Source of the DNA: Spirochaetia bacterium
GTDB taxonomy: Bacteria; Spirochaetota; Spirochaetia; SZUA-6; Bin103
Assembly: GCA_965203905.1 (NCBI GenBank)
Contig: CBDBDQ010000005.1
Span: 3,072,001-3,136,000, forward strand
DNA: 64,000 bases
Direction: 5' to 3'
Part shown: positions 9,858 through 19,920 of the stretch, in pieces
Position numbering within the stretch: position 1 is the first letter of the stretch
Layout: each line of letters starts with the position of its first letter
Made by a program: the position numbers and the translations under genes
The notes under the pieces: generated by a model
What the model was told of the DNA's origin: nothing
The model's input: the letters and a program-made list of their open reading frames with translations, nothing else
Databases searched by the model: none

Positions 9858-10847
9858 ATGCGCGCGTACCTGATCAGGCGATTGCTGCTGGTCATCCCGA
9901 CCGTTTTCATCATCACGCTCATCATCTTCTTCCTGATGCGCATGGTGCCCGGCGATATCGTCGACGACCTGGTCTGGCAGATGGAGGAGGCCGGGACCAT
10001 CTCCGAGGTGGACGAGGACCTGCTGCGGGCACACTACGGCCTGGGTGAACCGGCGGTGATCCAGTACGGTCGGTTCCTCGGGATTACGCCGCAGAAGAAC
10101 GGCAAATTCGCCGGGCTGTTGCAGGGAGACCTCGGCGTGTCGTGGAAGCAGCGGCGTCCGGTGACCGAGATGATCGGCGAGAAGCTGGCGGTCACCTTCG
10201 AGCTGGGGCTGCTCAGCTTCATCCTGGCGCAGTTGATCTCGCTGCCGATCGGCATCATCTCGGCGCTGCGCCAGAACACGCTGGCCGACTACGTGGGCCG
10301 CAGCTTCGCGATCGTCTTCATTTCCTTCCCCAGCTTCTGGGTCGCCACGATGGTGATCGTCTTTCCCGGCCTGTGGTGGGGTTATCTGCCGCCGGTGCGG
10401 TGGACGCCGTTCCTGGACAACCCGATGAAGAACCTGAACGGCGTCTGGGTGCCGGCGCTGGTGTCGGCGTTGCTGATGGGCGGCGGCATGATGCGCTGGG
10501 TACGCACCATGATGCTGGAAGTGCTGCGCCAGGACTACATCAGGACCGCCTGGTCGAAGGGCCTCGTGGAGACGCTGGTGGTGGCCCGGCACGCGCTCAA
10601 GAACACCATGATCCCGGTGGTCACGATCATGGGACTGCAGATACCAATCCTTATCGGGGGCAATATCATCATCGAGCAGATCTTCAACCTGCCGGGCATG
10701 GGCTTCATGACGATCACCGCGCTCAACACGCGCGACTATCCGCTGGTCAGCGGCATCATGATCGTCCTCTCGTTCGGCATCGTGCTGATCAACGTGATAA
10801 CCGACATCATGTACGGGGTCCTGGATCCCAAGGTGCAGTACGACTAG
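9858..10847 (+). CDS. Peptide/nickel ABC permease (DppB-like)
   Basis: MRAYLIRRLLL, QDYIRTAWSKG, RDYP. Confidence 0.93.
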   Translation: MRAYLIRRLLLVIPTVFIITLIIFFLMRMVPGDIVDDLVWQMEEAGTISEVDEDLLRAHYGLGEPAVIQYGRFLGITPQKNGKFAGLLQGDLGVSWKQRRPVTEMIGEKLAVTFELGLLSFILAQLISLPIGIISALRQNTLADYVGRSFAIVFISFPSFWVATMVIVFPGLWWGYLPPVRWTPFLDNPMKNLNGVWVPALVSALLMGGGMMRWVRTMMLEVLRQDYIRTAWSKGLVETLVVARHALKNTMIPVVTIMGLQIPILIGGNIIIEQIFNLPGMGFMTITALNTRDYPLVSGIMIVLSFGIVLINVITDIMYGVLDPKVQYD

Positions 10848-10849
10848 CC

Positions 10850-11818
10850 ATGGCTGATGCCAATGTAGCCCGTACCCTGGCGACCGAGACCAAGGAGCCG
10901 AACAAGCTCGGCGGTTTCTTCAAGAAGCTGTTCCGGCATCACCCGCTGGGGGCGTTCGGCCTGGTGATCACGGTGTCGTTCCTGCTGACGGCGGTGTTCG
11001 CGGAGACGATAGCGCCGTACGACATGAACGCCTCCGACATCAAGCGACGGCTGCAGGCGCCGAGCCGGGAGTTCCTGCTGGGCACCGACCTGATCGGCCG
11101 CGACATGTTCAGCCGCATCATCATCGGCACCCGCACCTCGCTGACCATCGGCCTGGCGGCGGCGGCGGGGTCGGTCATGATCGCGCTGGTCATGGGGATT
11201 CTTTCGGCCTACCTGGGCGGCATCGTGGACATGGCCGTGCAGCGCTTCGTGGACGCGTGGATGTGCATACCGGGCCTGTCCATCCTGCTGGTGATCGTGT
11301 CCATCACCGGAACCTCGATACCGGCGATGATATTCATCCTCTCGCTGGGGGGAATCGTCGGCTCCCGGCTGATTCGCAGCACGGTGATCCGTATCAGGGA
11401 GGACATGTACCTGGCGGCGGCCACGGCCATCGGCAGCGGCACGCTGCGGATACTGCTGCGCCACGTGCTGCCCAACATCCTCGCGCCCACCATCGTCGCC
11501 TTCACCGGGAGCGTGCCGGGGATGATCCTGGCGGAAGCGGGACTGAGCTTTCTCGGCTTCGGCCTGGGGCCGCCCACGCCGAGCTGGGGTGCGATGCTCA
11601 GCGGGCAGGTGCGCTTCCACATGTTCGAGGCGCCGCACCTGGTAATCTGGCCCGGCGTGGCGCTGGGGCTGGTGGTGTACGGCACCAACATGTTCGGCGA
11701 CGCCCTGCGCGACATCCTGGACCCGCGGCTGCGCGGCGGCGGCGGCCGCTTCAGCGGCACCGCGGCCCAGCGCAAGGTACAGCAGCAGAAAGCCGGAGAG
11801 TCGGCCAAGCGCTCCTGA
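10850..11818 (+). CDS. Peptide/nickel ABC permease (DppC-like)
   Basis: LGTDLIGRDMFSR, RHVLPN, SWGAML, GDALRDILDP. Confidence 0.92.
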   Translation: MADANVARTLATETKEPNKLGGFFKKLFRHHPLGAFGLVITVSFLLTAVFAETIAPYDMNASDIKRRLQAPSREFLLGTDLIGRDMFSRIIIGTRTSLTIGLAAAAGSVMIALVMGILSAYLGGIVDMAVQRFVDAWMCIPGLSILLVIVSITGTSIPAMIFILSLGGIVGSRLIRSTVIRIREDMYLAAATAIGSGTLRILLRHVLPNILAPTIVAFTGSVPGMILAEAGLSFLGFGLGPPTPSWGAMLSGQVRFHMFEAPHLVIWPGVALGLVVYGTNMFGDALRDILDPRLRGGGGRFSGTAAQRKVQQQKAGESAKRS

Positions 11819-11893
11819 GATACCCGCACTACCTGCAACTACGATACGACGCACAATTGTGCGCTGGCTGAGCCGGCGCCTGACGCCTCCGGC

Positions 11894-12595
11894 TCACACT
11901 CCCGCTCGGAATACCTTGGGCGTAGTGCCGGTCCACCGCTGAAAGGCGCGGTAGAAGGAGCTCGGCTTGTCATAGCCGAGCAGGAATGAAATCTCCTCTG
12001 CGGCCAGATTCGTATTGGCCAGGTAGTGACGCGCCAGCTTCTCCCGTGTGTCTGCCACGATCGCCTGGAAGGTGGCGCCTTCGTCGCGCAGACGCCGCTG
12101 CATGCTCCTCTGTCCCATCCCGAGTCGTCGTGCTACCTCTACCACGTTTGCGTTTCCACTCGGCAACGTATCCAGGAGAAACGTATGGACGCGTTCGGAC
12201 GTGTCGGCGCTGTCGTCCAGATCAGCGAGCCGCAGCCGCAGATACGGCTCATACATCTCCCACCTCTGCTCGGTCTCCGTGAGGAACGGTCGCCGAGCGT
12301 CCGCGGCTGACAAAGTGAGCGAGAACGCATCGCCAGGCAGGACGCGTACCCCGAAGAAGGCAGCGAACACTTCCGGGGACCTGCACGTGCCCCGAAACTC
12401 CACGCGCAGCGGGACGATTTTGGAGCGGGTGGCCTTGCGCGCCAGCTCGACCACCAACGCGACCTTGATCTCGCCCATCACTGCGGGGAGCACGGGTCGT
12501 CCGAGACACGAGAACGTGACCACCGTGCTGCGTCCTCCCACATCGACGTCTATCACCAGCGGACTGAAGAGCTTCTCGTACGCGGCGATGCGCAA
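11894..12595 (-). pseudogene. AraC-family regulator, 5'-truncated
   Basis: C-terminal HTH (RSMQRRL…EISFLLGY…SFYRAFQRWTGTTP); most of the N-terminal ligand-binding domain is missing. Confidence 0.8.
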
Positions 12596-12600
12596 GCTCC

Positions 12601-15291
12601 CTGGTCGTCTACGCCGAGTCCGACGACGAGGTCACCCTCGCGCAACTCGCGGAGCGCGAGCTCCCCAGTCTGCGCGACCAGGTTGGAGACGCGGAGACGG
12701 TCGATCTCAACGTCTACTTCGTGGGGTTTCCCGCGGAGCTCTCCGGTCAACTGGAGCAGGCGGTCGCCGAGCGGCTCGGGGCCTTGAGCATCGTCGACAC
12801 CAAGCCATGGTGGATTCCGCGCATGCCGCTGTTCGGTCAAGCGGAGTTCGACACCGCGCCGGCCCCGGAATCACTGCCCGCGGCGCTCATCCCGCCGGAC
12901 GGACTGATCCGCTATGAGGGCGGCTCGTTGACCAGGGGCACCAACCCGGCCACCGGCGCAGCCACGTGGCTGCCGAACCGCGAGATCAACGAGTCGGTCG
13001 ATGACTGGCACCACCACAACGACATCGTCTACTACATGGAGCACGGCGGCGCCTACACCGGGGTTGCCTGGAAGATCGAGGAGTTGGCGTTTTCGCACCT
13101 GCCGGCCGCAACGCTGGCCGATCTCTACCCATTGCTGCGCGCCTCGCAGGTCGAATACGCATCCCGCAATCCTCAACAGACGTTCCAGCTCTACTCGTAC
13201 AACCGGCTCATGGACTGGCTCGACGGGAACGTGGAGATCGAGGAGCGGCGCGGCGGCGCAACCCTGGTATTCCTCAACCTGCCCTCGCTGGCGGCGGCGC
13301 CCTACTCCTTCTACACCGAGCCGCAGGAGGACCGGTACGCGGTGCGGGCGACCGCGCCGGCGGAAGTCCAGTACCCGGAGGTGACGGCCGCCGATCCGAG
13401 CTACCAGCAGGCCGCCGACGTGATGGCCGCGGCGCTCGGCGGTGGGCTCACCCAGGCCAAGATGCTGGCAGCGCTTGAGGTCGTCTGCCCCAGGACCACG
13501 ACCGTGGCCCAGGCCGGGCTGGCGGTTCCCGGCGCCGCGGACGCACAGTCGATCTGCGAGCAGTGGCAGCTCGAGCCGATCCCCAACCTGCTCGGCAACA
13601 AGATGCGGCGCTACTACGTCTCCGACAGCACGCGCGAGCTGGCCCGGTTCGCCGCCGGGGACGTGGAGGCGAGCGACCTGGTCGACCGCGTCGCCGGCAA
13701 TGCCTACGAGCTCTACCGCTACGGCGTGCTGCAGCCATCGCTGCAGGCGGACAACCCGTATTCCGAGGCGTACGAGCTGCGCATGCTCGTCGTCGACCTG
13801 CGCTACGACGAGACCGACGCCTGTATCCTGAGCCGGGTGGAAGCCGGCGACGATCCGACAGCCTGCCTGTCCTCTAGCGACGGCTTCGAGACGGAGAAGA
13901 GCTACGAGCTGGCCGACGTGTTCGATGCCGAGCTCGCCACGCGCTCGCTGACGGAGTTCGTACCCGCAAGCTGGACGGTCACCACGGTGCCGTTCCCCTT
14001 CGGCATGCAGGCGGATGGCACGATCGACCGCGTCGCCGGAGCACAGGCGAAAGCGGCGCTGCGCCGCAACCTGGACCGGCCGACGTTCCCCAACCCGAGA
14101 GGCGGCGATCCGATCGTGCTGACGCACCCACCTCTCTATCGGGAGCTGAGCTTCGTCAACCCCGCCGGCGGCTTCGACACGCTGACCGCGAGCTGGGAGT
14201 TCGGCATCAGCTCCAACGTCGCCCAGACACTCTTCACCGCCGACAGGGAGGCCGGCGGCCTGGGGATCTACGAGAGGATCTGGCCCGAGGCCAAGGCGAT
14301 CGGCGAAGAGCCGTTCCACCGCACCGGCCGCGCACCGGTAAAGCCGCTGGTATTCATCCTGACCCCGCCACCGTCTGGACCGCGCGGCGAGAAATGGGGC
14401 ACGTTTCCCCACTCCCTTGCGGGCGGGATCCTGCTCACCACCTGGGGTAGCGGCGGCTGGTGGAGCTCGGTAGCCGGCAACGAGTCGGGCGGGGCCATCT
14501 TCCGCCGCGACTTCTTCACCCTGGTTCCCCAGTATTTTCTCGGCAGGGACCGCGGCAATGGCAGCGCGGATCCGATGGGCGTCATGCCGGACGGTTCGGT
14601 CCAGTCGATGCGGCGCCTCAATGGCCTGACGCACAAGGCGCTCGACATCGCCGCCATTCACTGGGTCGACCAGTTCGACTCCAGCGACCCGGCGGAGCGC
14701 GCGTTGGCACGCAGCTTCGTGCGCGAGGTCAGCACGCTGCAGGCGCTCGAGACGCTGCAGCACGGGCTCGGCTACATGCACGCACCGGAACCCCGTCGGC
14801 GCTTTCACTTCGATGGCGAGTATTCGTCGCTGCGGCGAACGTACGAGCTGGCTCAGAACCGGAGAGACCGCACCGGCGCCCTGCTGCACCGGTTCGTCAA
14901 CCAGTACACGACCCACGGCATCTCAACGGTCTGGTGCCAGTGCACCTCCGAGTGGAACGGCGTCGCGCCGCAGACGGGGATGCAGACCACGCTGTTCCGG
15001 TCGCACGCGCGTTCAGCGGTGGCAGCCGCGGAGCAGGAGTTACGCTACGCACTCGACCAGGCGGTCGGCCAGTCTTCGGTCACCGAGTCGACGGTCGAGC
15101 AGTTGCGGCGTGCGGTCGCGGCGCACGCCGCGGCGCTGGTCAGCTATGACGACTGGGAGTACGCGGCGGCGATTGCGGCGACGTGGCGGATGCTCCACCA
15201 CCTCGACCGGGCGCTCACCGCGATCGGTCAGCCGGATCGGATTCACGATCCGCTGGAGGCACTCGGCTCGTATCCCTTCGCAGTCGGGTAG
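12601..15291 (+). CDS. Large hypothetical protein with a metzincin-like motif variant; probably 5'-truncated
   Basis: The frame is open and coding-like upstream of GTG 12721 (LVVYAESDDEVTL…). Contains ETLQHGLGYMH. Confidence 0.65.
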   Translation: MVVYAESDDEVTLAQLAERELPSLRDQVGDAETVDLNVYFVGFPAELSGQLEQAVAERLGALSIVDTKPWWIPRMPLFGQAEFDTAPAPESLPAALIPPDGLIRYEGGSLTRGTNPATGAATWLPNREINESVDDWHHHNDIVYYMEHGGAYTGVAWKIEELAFSHLPAATLADLYPLLRASQVEYASRNPQQTFQLYSYNRLMDWLDGNVEIEERRGGATLVFLNLPSLAAAPYSFYTEPQEDRYAVRATAPAEVQYPEVTAADPSYQQAADVMAAALGGGLTQAKMLAALEVVCPRTTTVAQAGLAVPGAADAQSICEQWQLEPIPNLLGNKMRRYYVSDSTRELARFAAGDVEASDLVDRVAGNAYELYRYGVLQPSLQADNPYSEAYELRMLVVDLRYDETDACILSRVEAGDDPTACLSSSDGFETEKSYELADVFDAELATRSLTEFVPASWTVTTVPFPFGMQADGTIDRVAGAQAKAALRRNLDRPTFPNPRGGDPIVLTHPPLYRELSFVNPAGGFDTLTASWEFGISSNVAQTLFTADREAGGLGIYERIWPEAKAIGEEPFHRTGRAPVKPLVFILTPPPSGPRGEKWGTFPHSLAGGILLTTWGSGGWWSSVAGNESGGAIFRRDFFTLVPQYFLGRDRGNGSADPMGVMPDGSVQSMRRLNGLTHKALDIAAIHWVDQFDSSDPAERALARSFVREVSTLQALETLQHGLGYMHAPEPRRRFHFDGEYSSLRRTYELAQNRRDRTGALLHRFVNQYTTHGISTVWCQCTSEWNGVAPQTGMQTTLFRSHARSAVAAAEQELRYALDQAVGQSSVTESTVEQLRRAVAAHAAALVSYDDWEYAAAIAATWRMLHHLDRALTAIGQPDRIHDPLEALGSYPFAVG

Positions 15292-15477
15292 CCGGCGACC
15301 CGTGTGCGTGCGGGCAAAAGGGGATTCGCCGTGCGCCCCTGCATTGGCCTGCAGGCCTGTCTGGCCTGCACTGGGCTGCTCTGCCTGCTGCCTGCGCTGC
15401 CCCATCAGGTGGACACGGAGCGGTCGGTTCCATACTGGATGGGTTCAGATTCTGACATATTCCTTAAGGAGGAATAG

Positions 15478-17199
15478 ATGAAGAAAGTGATGCTGCTGGT
15501 GCTGATGCTTGCACTGGCAACCACGATGGCGTTCGCCGCCGGCGAAGAAGAGGCCAGCGCTCCGGCTGCCATGGCGGCCGACGGTGAGCCGACCTACGGC
15601 GGCACCTTCACCATAGCGCCGCGCGCCGGCAACAAGCCGGGCAGCCCCGATCCGGCGGACCAGAACGGCGGTCGGACCTGGTACACCTCGCTGATCCAGG
15701 AAACACCGATGATCGGTGACTTCGAGAAGTACGGACCGCGCGGCAGCAACGACTGGGACTTCAAGCTGATCGGTGCGATTCCCGAGAAGTACTGGAAGGG
15801 CCTGCTGATCACGGATTGGGAAGTGACCCCGACCGAGATCACCTGGACCGTGCGCGAGGGCATCAACTGGGCTCCCAACGAGCAGCAGCAGTCGTGGATG
15901 TCGGTCAGGGAGCTGACCGCCGAGGACATCGTGTCCGACCTGCTGCACTGGAAGAACGGCCCGGAGGGCGCGAGTTGGACCAACAAGGTCCAGGACATCC
16001 GCGCCGTCGGCAACCAGGTGATCATCGAGTTCGCGACCTTCGATACCTCGCTCAACCTGGAGCTCGCGGGGCGCCGGCGTTCCCACATCAGCCCGCCGGA
16101 GCTGCTCGACAAGGGCATCGGCGAGTGGGAGAACCAGCTCGGCACCGGTCCGTTCCAGTTCAAGGAGTATGTGCCGGACCAGTACTTCACGATGGTCAAG
16201 AACGAGAATTACTGGAACACCACCGTCGTCAACGGCAAGGAGTACCAGTTCCCGTTCATCGACGAGTTCGTGGTACCTATTGCGGCCGACTTCTCGTTCG
16301 AGGTCGCGGCGCTGCGTACCGGCACCGCCGACGGCGGGCCGTCGGTCTACGCACCTTCGTGGGCCGAGCTGGACCGCAACGCTCCCGACCTGATTCAGGA
16401 CCGGCTGGCGATCTCGTTCGGCGCCGCCTTCGGTCTGAACGTGAAGCGGGCACCGCTGGACAACCTCCAGGTGCGTCGCGCGCTGTTCATCTGCACCGAC
16501 GTGGAGGCGTTCAACGGCATCACCGACCCGAGCGGGCTGATGGAGCCGGGGGCGCTGCCGGTGCACTGGTGGCCGATCTTCCCGTCGCTGAAGAACATGT
16601 ACACCCCGATCAGCGAGCTGCCGCCAGAAGTGGCGGAGCTGTATTCCAACGATCCCGAGCTGGCCAAGAAGATCCTGGCCGAGGAAGGCTACGCGGACGG
16701 CTTCGAGCTGGACACGACGAACGTCGGCGGCGGCCGCAGCGAGCTGTGGGCCGATCAGTTGGCACGCTGTAACGTCACCGTCAACATCTCCGGTCTGACC
16801 GGTGCGGCGGTGCGCGAGAAGATCAGGAACCACGACTACCACGTGACGCGGCACGCCTATGGCGCGGGTAACCCCGTGCTGGACATGCCCAACAACTGGT
16901 CCTCCTGGCGCGTGCGTGACCTCAACCAGTGGAGCGACGACACCTTCGACGGCATGATGAGGGACATGGCGGGCGAGACCAACCCGGATGCGCAGGCGGC
17001 GATCATCAAGGAAGCCGCGGTCTACCTGCTGAGCCAGGCGCTCGACATTCCGCACGGCGTGAAGGCGATCTCGCAGGCGTGGTGGCCGTGGGTCAACAAC
17101 TACTACGGTGAGTTCCGCTGGATCCACGACGATACCTACCTGCAGCCGTACGGCTGGGTCTGGATCGATCAGGACCTGAAGAAGTCGATGGGCTACTAA
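15478..17199 (+). CDS. ABC transporter substrate-binding protein, family 5
   Basis: AAGGAGG RBS, signal peptide, PTYGGT, GTGPF, VRRAL. Confidence 0.92.
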   Translation: MKKVMLLVLMLALATTMAFAAGEEEASAPAAMAADGEPTYGGTFTIAPRAGNKPGSPDPADQNGGRTWYTSLIQETPMIGDFEKYGPRGSNDWDFKLIGAIPEKYWKGLLITDWEVTPTEITWTVREGINWAPNEQQQSWMSVRELTAEDIVSDLLHWKNGPEGASWTNKVQDIRAVGNQVIIEFATFDTSLNLELAGRRRSHISPPELLDKGIGEWENQLGTGPFQFKEYVPDQYFTMVKNENYWNTTVVNGKEYQFPFIDEFVVPIAADFSFEVAALRTGTADGGPSVYAPSWAELDRNAPDLIQDRLAISFGAAFGLNVKRAPLDNLQVRRALFICTDVEAFNGITDPSGLMEPGALPVHWWPIFPSLKNMYTPISELPPEVAELYSNDPELAKKILAEEGYADGFELDTTNVGGGRSELWADQLARCNVTVNISGLTGAAVREKIRNHDYHVTRHAYGAGNPVLDMPNNWSSWRVRDLNQWSDDTFDGMMRDMAGETNPDAQAAIIKEAAVYLLSQALDIPHGVKAISQAWWPWVNNYYGEFRWIHDDTYLQPYGWVWIDQDLKKSMGY

Positions 17200-17244
17200 G
17201 CGTTCGTTGCGCGACTCTGCGTAGTGGTGTCGCAATCGAACCTG

Positions 17245-17278
17245 AGGAGGGCTTGGCTTAGGCTGAGCCCTCCTTTTT
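17245..17278 (+). terminator. Intrinsic terminator
   Basis: aggagggct…agccctcct stem followed by a T tract. Confidence 0.75.
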
Positions 17279-17410
17279 GTACTGAACGCGGCCCTTTCGT
17301 CCAGTTGGGAGGTTCCAAGTGATCGGACTACACACCACGGGATATCCGTGTGGCGACCGATCGGCGGACGCGTGGTTTCTTGGTCCGAAGCAACTTGGCA
17401 GGAGGCGGCG

Positions 17411-17698
17411 ATGGCGACGAAAGTGATCCCAGTGCCGCCGGAACTCAATACGCCAGAGATCCACGAGGAGTTCGCAGCCCATCAACGGGCCGTGCATCAC
17501 TACATCGCTCATCACGAGAAGTTGCGTGAACAGTACCCGGACCAGTGGATTGCGGTATGGGTCGATGAGGGTGCCGTGCCTACTGTGGTGGACGGCAGCA
17601 GCGTTGATGCGATAGTACGAAAGGCCCGCAAGCAATCGTTGCCGCTCAAGCGTTCGTATATCCGCTATATGGCAACCGGATCTCAACGCTACGCTTGA
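17411..17698 (+). CDS. DUF5678-like small protein
   Basis: GGAGG RBS; LREQYPDQWIAV pattern. Confidence 0.65.
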   Translation: MATKVIPVPPELNTPEIHEEFAAHQRAVHHYIAHHEKLREQYPDQWIAVWVDEGAVPTVVDGSSVDAIVRKARKQSLPLKRSYIRYMATGSQRYA

Positions 17699-17835
17699 TC
17701 CATATCCGCATCGGAGTCGCGCAGAGCGGTCCACGCAGGCCTTACGCTCGGGACGACTCAGTCATTGGGCGCGACGTGCTGGACGAGGTGCGCTTGGTGG
17801 TCGAGCGACGCCGGAACATATTGACTTTGGGATGA
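17695..17835 (+). pseudogene. Retropepsin-like aspartic protease remnant, catalytic centre deleted
   Basis: TTG overlapping the upstream TGA; LIHIRIG…RPYARDDSVIGRDVLDEVRLVVE (GRD motif present, no DTG), 46 aa. Confidence 0.55.
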
Positions 17836-17968
17836 TGGCCGCCGGGCGTCGCTCCGGTTGGTCGCTGAGCGGCGTAGCTTCAGCGTTGCTCCAAGGTGGC
17901 AGCCGATCTATCAGGCCCGCCGCGCCCGCTGTGACGGCGCGGAAGGCGATCGGGTACGGTAACAATAC

Positions 17969-19246
17969 ATGGCTCTGACAGCGCCCCACCGGCGATTCAG
18001 TATCTTTCGGTACCGATTGAAGATAATCGCGATTGCCGGTGGCTCCCTGGGCGTGCCCCTGCTCGTCGTCGTCCTGTATCTGTTCACCGATCTGTTCTTC
18101 ACGCCGCCGCCGCACGTGGCGTCGCGGCCGGGGGCCGGGGATTGGGCCATGTTCGGACGCGGTCTCGCGCACACCGGTGCGGTCGAGGTGCCCGCACCCG
18201 AGCCGCGCGGCACCATCAAGTGGACGTTCGCCACCGGCGCGCCGGTCCATTCGTCTCCCGCCGTAGCCGGTGGGATGGTGTACTTCGGCTCACAGGACTC
18301 GATACTCTACGCGCTCGATGCGACAACCGGACGCCTGGTCTGGCAATTCCGTGCCGAGAGCCTGATCCAGACCTCGCCGGCCGTGGTCGATGGCGTGCTC
18401 TACTTCGGCGCCCACGACGGCTCCATCCGGGCGCTCGACGCAGCCACCGGCGAGCAGCTCTGGTCCTACCGGGAGAAATATGCGATCACCTCGTCGCCGG
18501 CGGTCGCCGATGGCCGGGTCTACGTCGGCACCACGGCGAAGCGGCTCCTGGCCCTGGACGCAGCCACCGGCAAGCGCAAGTGGTCGGCGACCCTCGTCGG
18601 CCAGATTCACTCGTCGCCGGCGGTGGCCAACGGCCTGGTCTACGTCGGCACACTCGGCGAGTTCTTCTATAGCGTGCATGCCCGCGACGGGCGCATCCGG
18701 ACCTGGTTCCGCACCCGTCGCGACGTTACCTCGTCGCCGGCCGTGGACGGCACTTCCGTGTACTTCACCACCACCGCCGGCAGACTCCATGCGATCGACG
18801 GTACCCGGCGCGGACTGCCGCTGGAGCACCGAATCCGGCGGCTTCTTCTGCGGATGAGGGCGATCGGACTCCCCGTCCCGCGGCTGGGCGAGCAGACCGG
18901 CCACCTGTGGGCACTGGATGTCGGGACCCACTCGGTGTCGTCGCCGGTGCTTGCCGGCGCTGCGCTGTACGTCGGCGCGGATGACAGCCTGGTTGCGGTC
19001 GACCTGGGCACCCGCGAGGTGCGGTGGCGCTTTCGTACCCTCGGCCCGGTGAGTTCTTCGCCGCGGCTGGCGGGCGACCTGGTGCTGGTGGGCAGCGAGG
19101 ATGGACGCGTGTACGCGGTAAGCGCCGCAACGGGTGAGCAACGATGGGTCGTCCGCACCGCCGGTAAGGTCACTTCCTCGCCCGCGGTCGCCGGCGGCAC
19201 CGTGTTCGTCGGCTCACACGACGGCACGCTGTACGCCATCGAGTAA
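17969..19246 (+). CDS. Membrane-anchored PQQ-binding-like beta-propeller repeat protein
   Basis: N-terminal TM helix; many SSPAV…vyfGs.Dg.lyAlDa.TG…W repeats. Confidence 0.9.
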   Translation: MALTAPHRRFSIFRYRLKIIAIAGGSLGVPLLVVVLYLFTDLFFTPPPHVASRPGAGDWAMFGRGLAHTGAVEVPAPEPRGTIKWTFATGAPVHSSPAVAGGMVYFGSQDSILYALDATTGRLVWQFRAESLIQTSPAVVDGVLYFGAHDGSIRALDAATGEQLWSYREKYAITSSPAVADGRVYVGTTAKRLLALDAATGKRKWSATLVGQIHSSPAVANGLVYVGTLGEFFYSVHARDGRIRTWFRTRRDVTSSPAVDGTSVYFTTTAGRLHAIDGTRRGLPLEHRIRRLLLRMRAIGLPVPRLGEQTGHLWALDVGTHSVSSPVLAGAALYVGADDSLVAVDLGTREVRWRFRTLGPVSSSPRLAGDLVLVGSEDGRVYAVSAATGEQRWVVRTAGKVTSSPAVAGGTVFVGSHDGTLYAIE

Positions 19247-19274
19247 ACTGGCGCCGCATGAAGGAATTCGGGAC

Positions 19275-19829
19275 ATGAAGCTGCGACTCTGGCTGCTCCT
19301 CGGCGTGGTCGTGGCAGCGCTGGCCGCGGTATTCATCCTCACCAGCGGACGGGACGACGCGGAAGAGGATGCCGAACGACCGATAATCTGGTCGTTCGAC
19401 CTGCGCGACCTGCACCGGGTCGAGATCGCTATGCCGCAGGATCAACTGGCGGAGGCATGGCTCAACGTCGACCGCGTGTGGTACTTCGATCGCCCCGGAC
19501 GACCGCGGGTGGACCTCGACCGCTGGGGTGGTGCGGTTCCCTACCTGTTGAGCGGTCCGGGAGCGAACCGGCTCATCACCGAGGATGCCGCCGACGAGGA
19601 CCTGGAGATCTACGGCCTGCTGGCGCCGCAAATGACGATCCACCTGGAGCACGGCGGCGAGCATGGCGATGGGCCGGGGATCGTCGATCTCGAGATCGGA
19701 GACGAAACCCCCGACTCCTTCAGCTACTACGTACGCCTGGTCGGCACCCGGAAGGTGTATACCGTCGACCGTACCTGGTACGAGGTAATGGAGCGGCTCG
19801 TGCTCGACCCGCCTTACCTGCAGGAGTGA
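19275..19829 (+). CDS. DUF4340-like membrane-anchored protein (copy 1)
   Basis: N-terminal TM, YGLLAP, IGDETPDSFSYYVR; paralogue of 27031-27603. Confidence 0.75.
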   Translation: MKLRLWLLLGVVVAALAAVFILTSGRDDAEEDAERPIIWSFDLRDLHRVEIAMPQDQLAEAWLNVDRVWYFDRPGRPRVDLDRWGGAVPYLLSGPGANRLITEDAADEDLEIYGLLAPQMTIHLEHGGEHGDGPGIVDLEIGDETPDSFSYYVRLVGTRKVYTVDRTWYEVMERLVLDPPYLQE

Positions 19830-19920
19830 GAGTCGCACCGCGGCGCTCCACAATCGACGCCCGTTGCTTCGCTGCCGGTGCCGGGCATGGGTACATTGGC
19901 CGCGCCGGACGACAACGAAG

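Noticed and set aside
12871-14916. Long antisense or alternate-frame ORFs (also 15445-17448, 35201-37609, 60906-63257)
   Set aside because: Shadow ORFs expected from high-GC3 coding on the opposite strand; no motifs.
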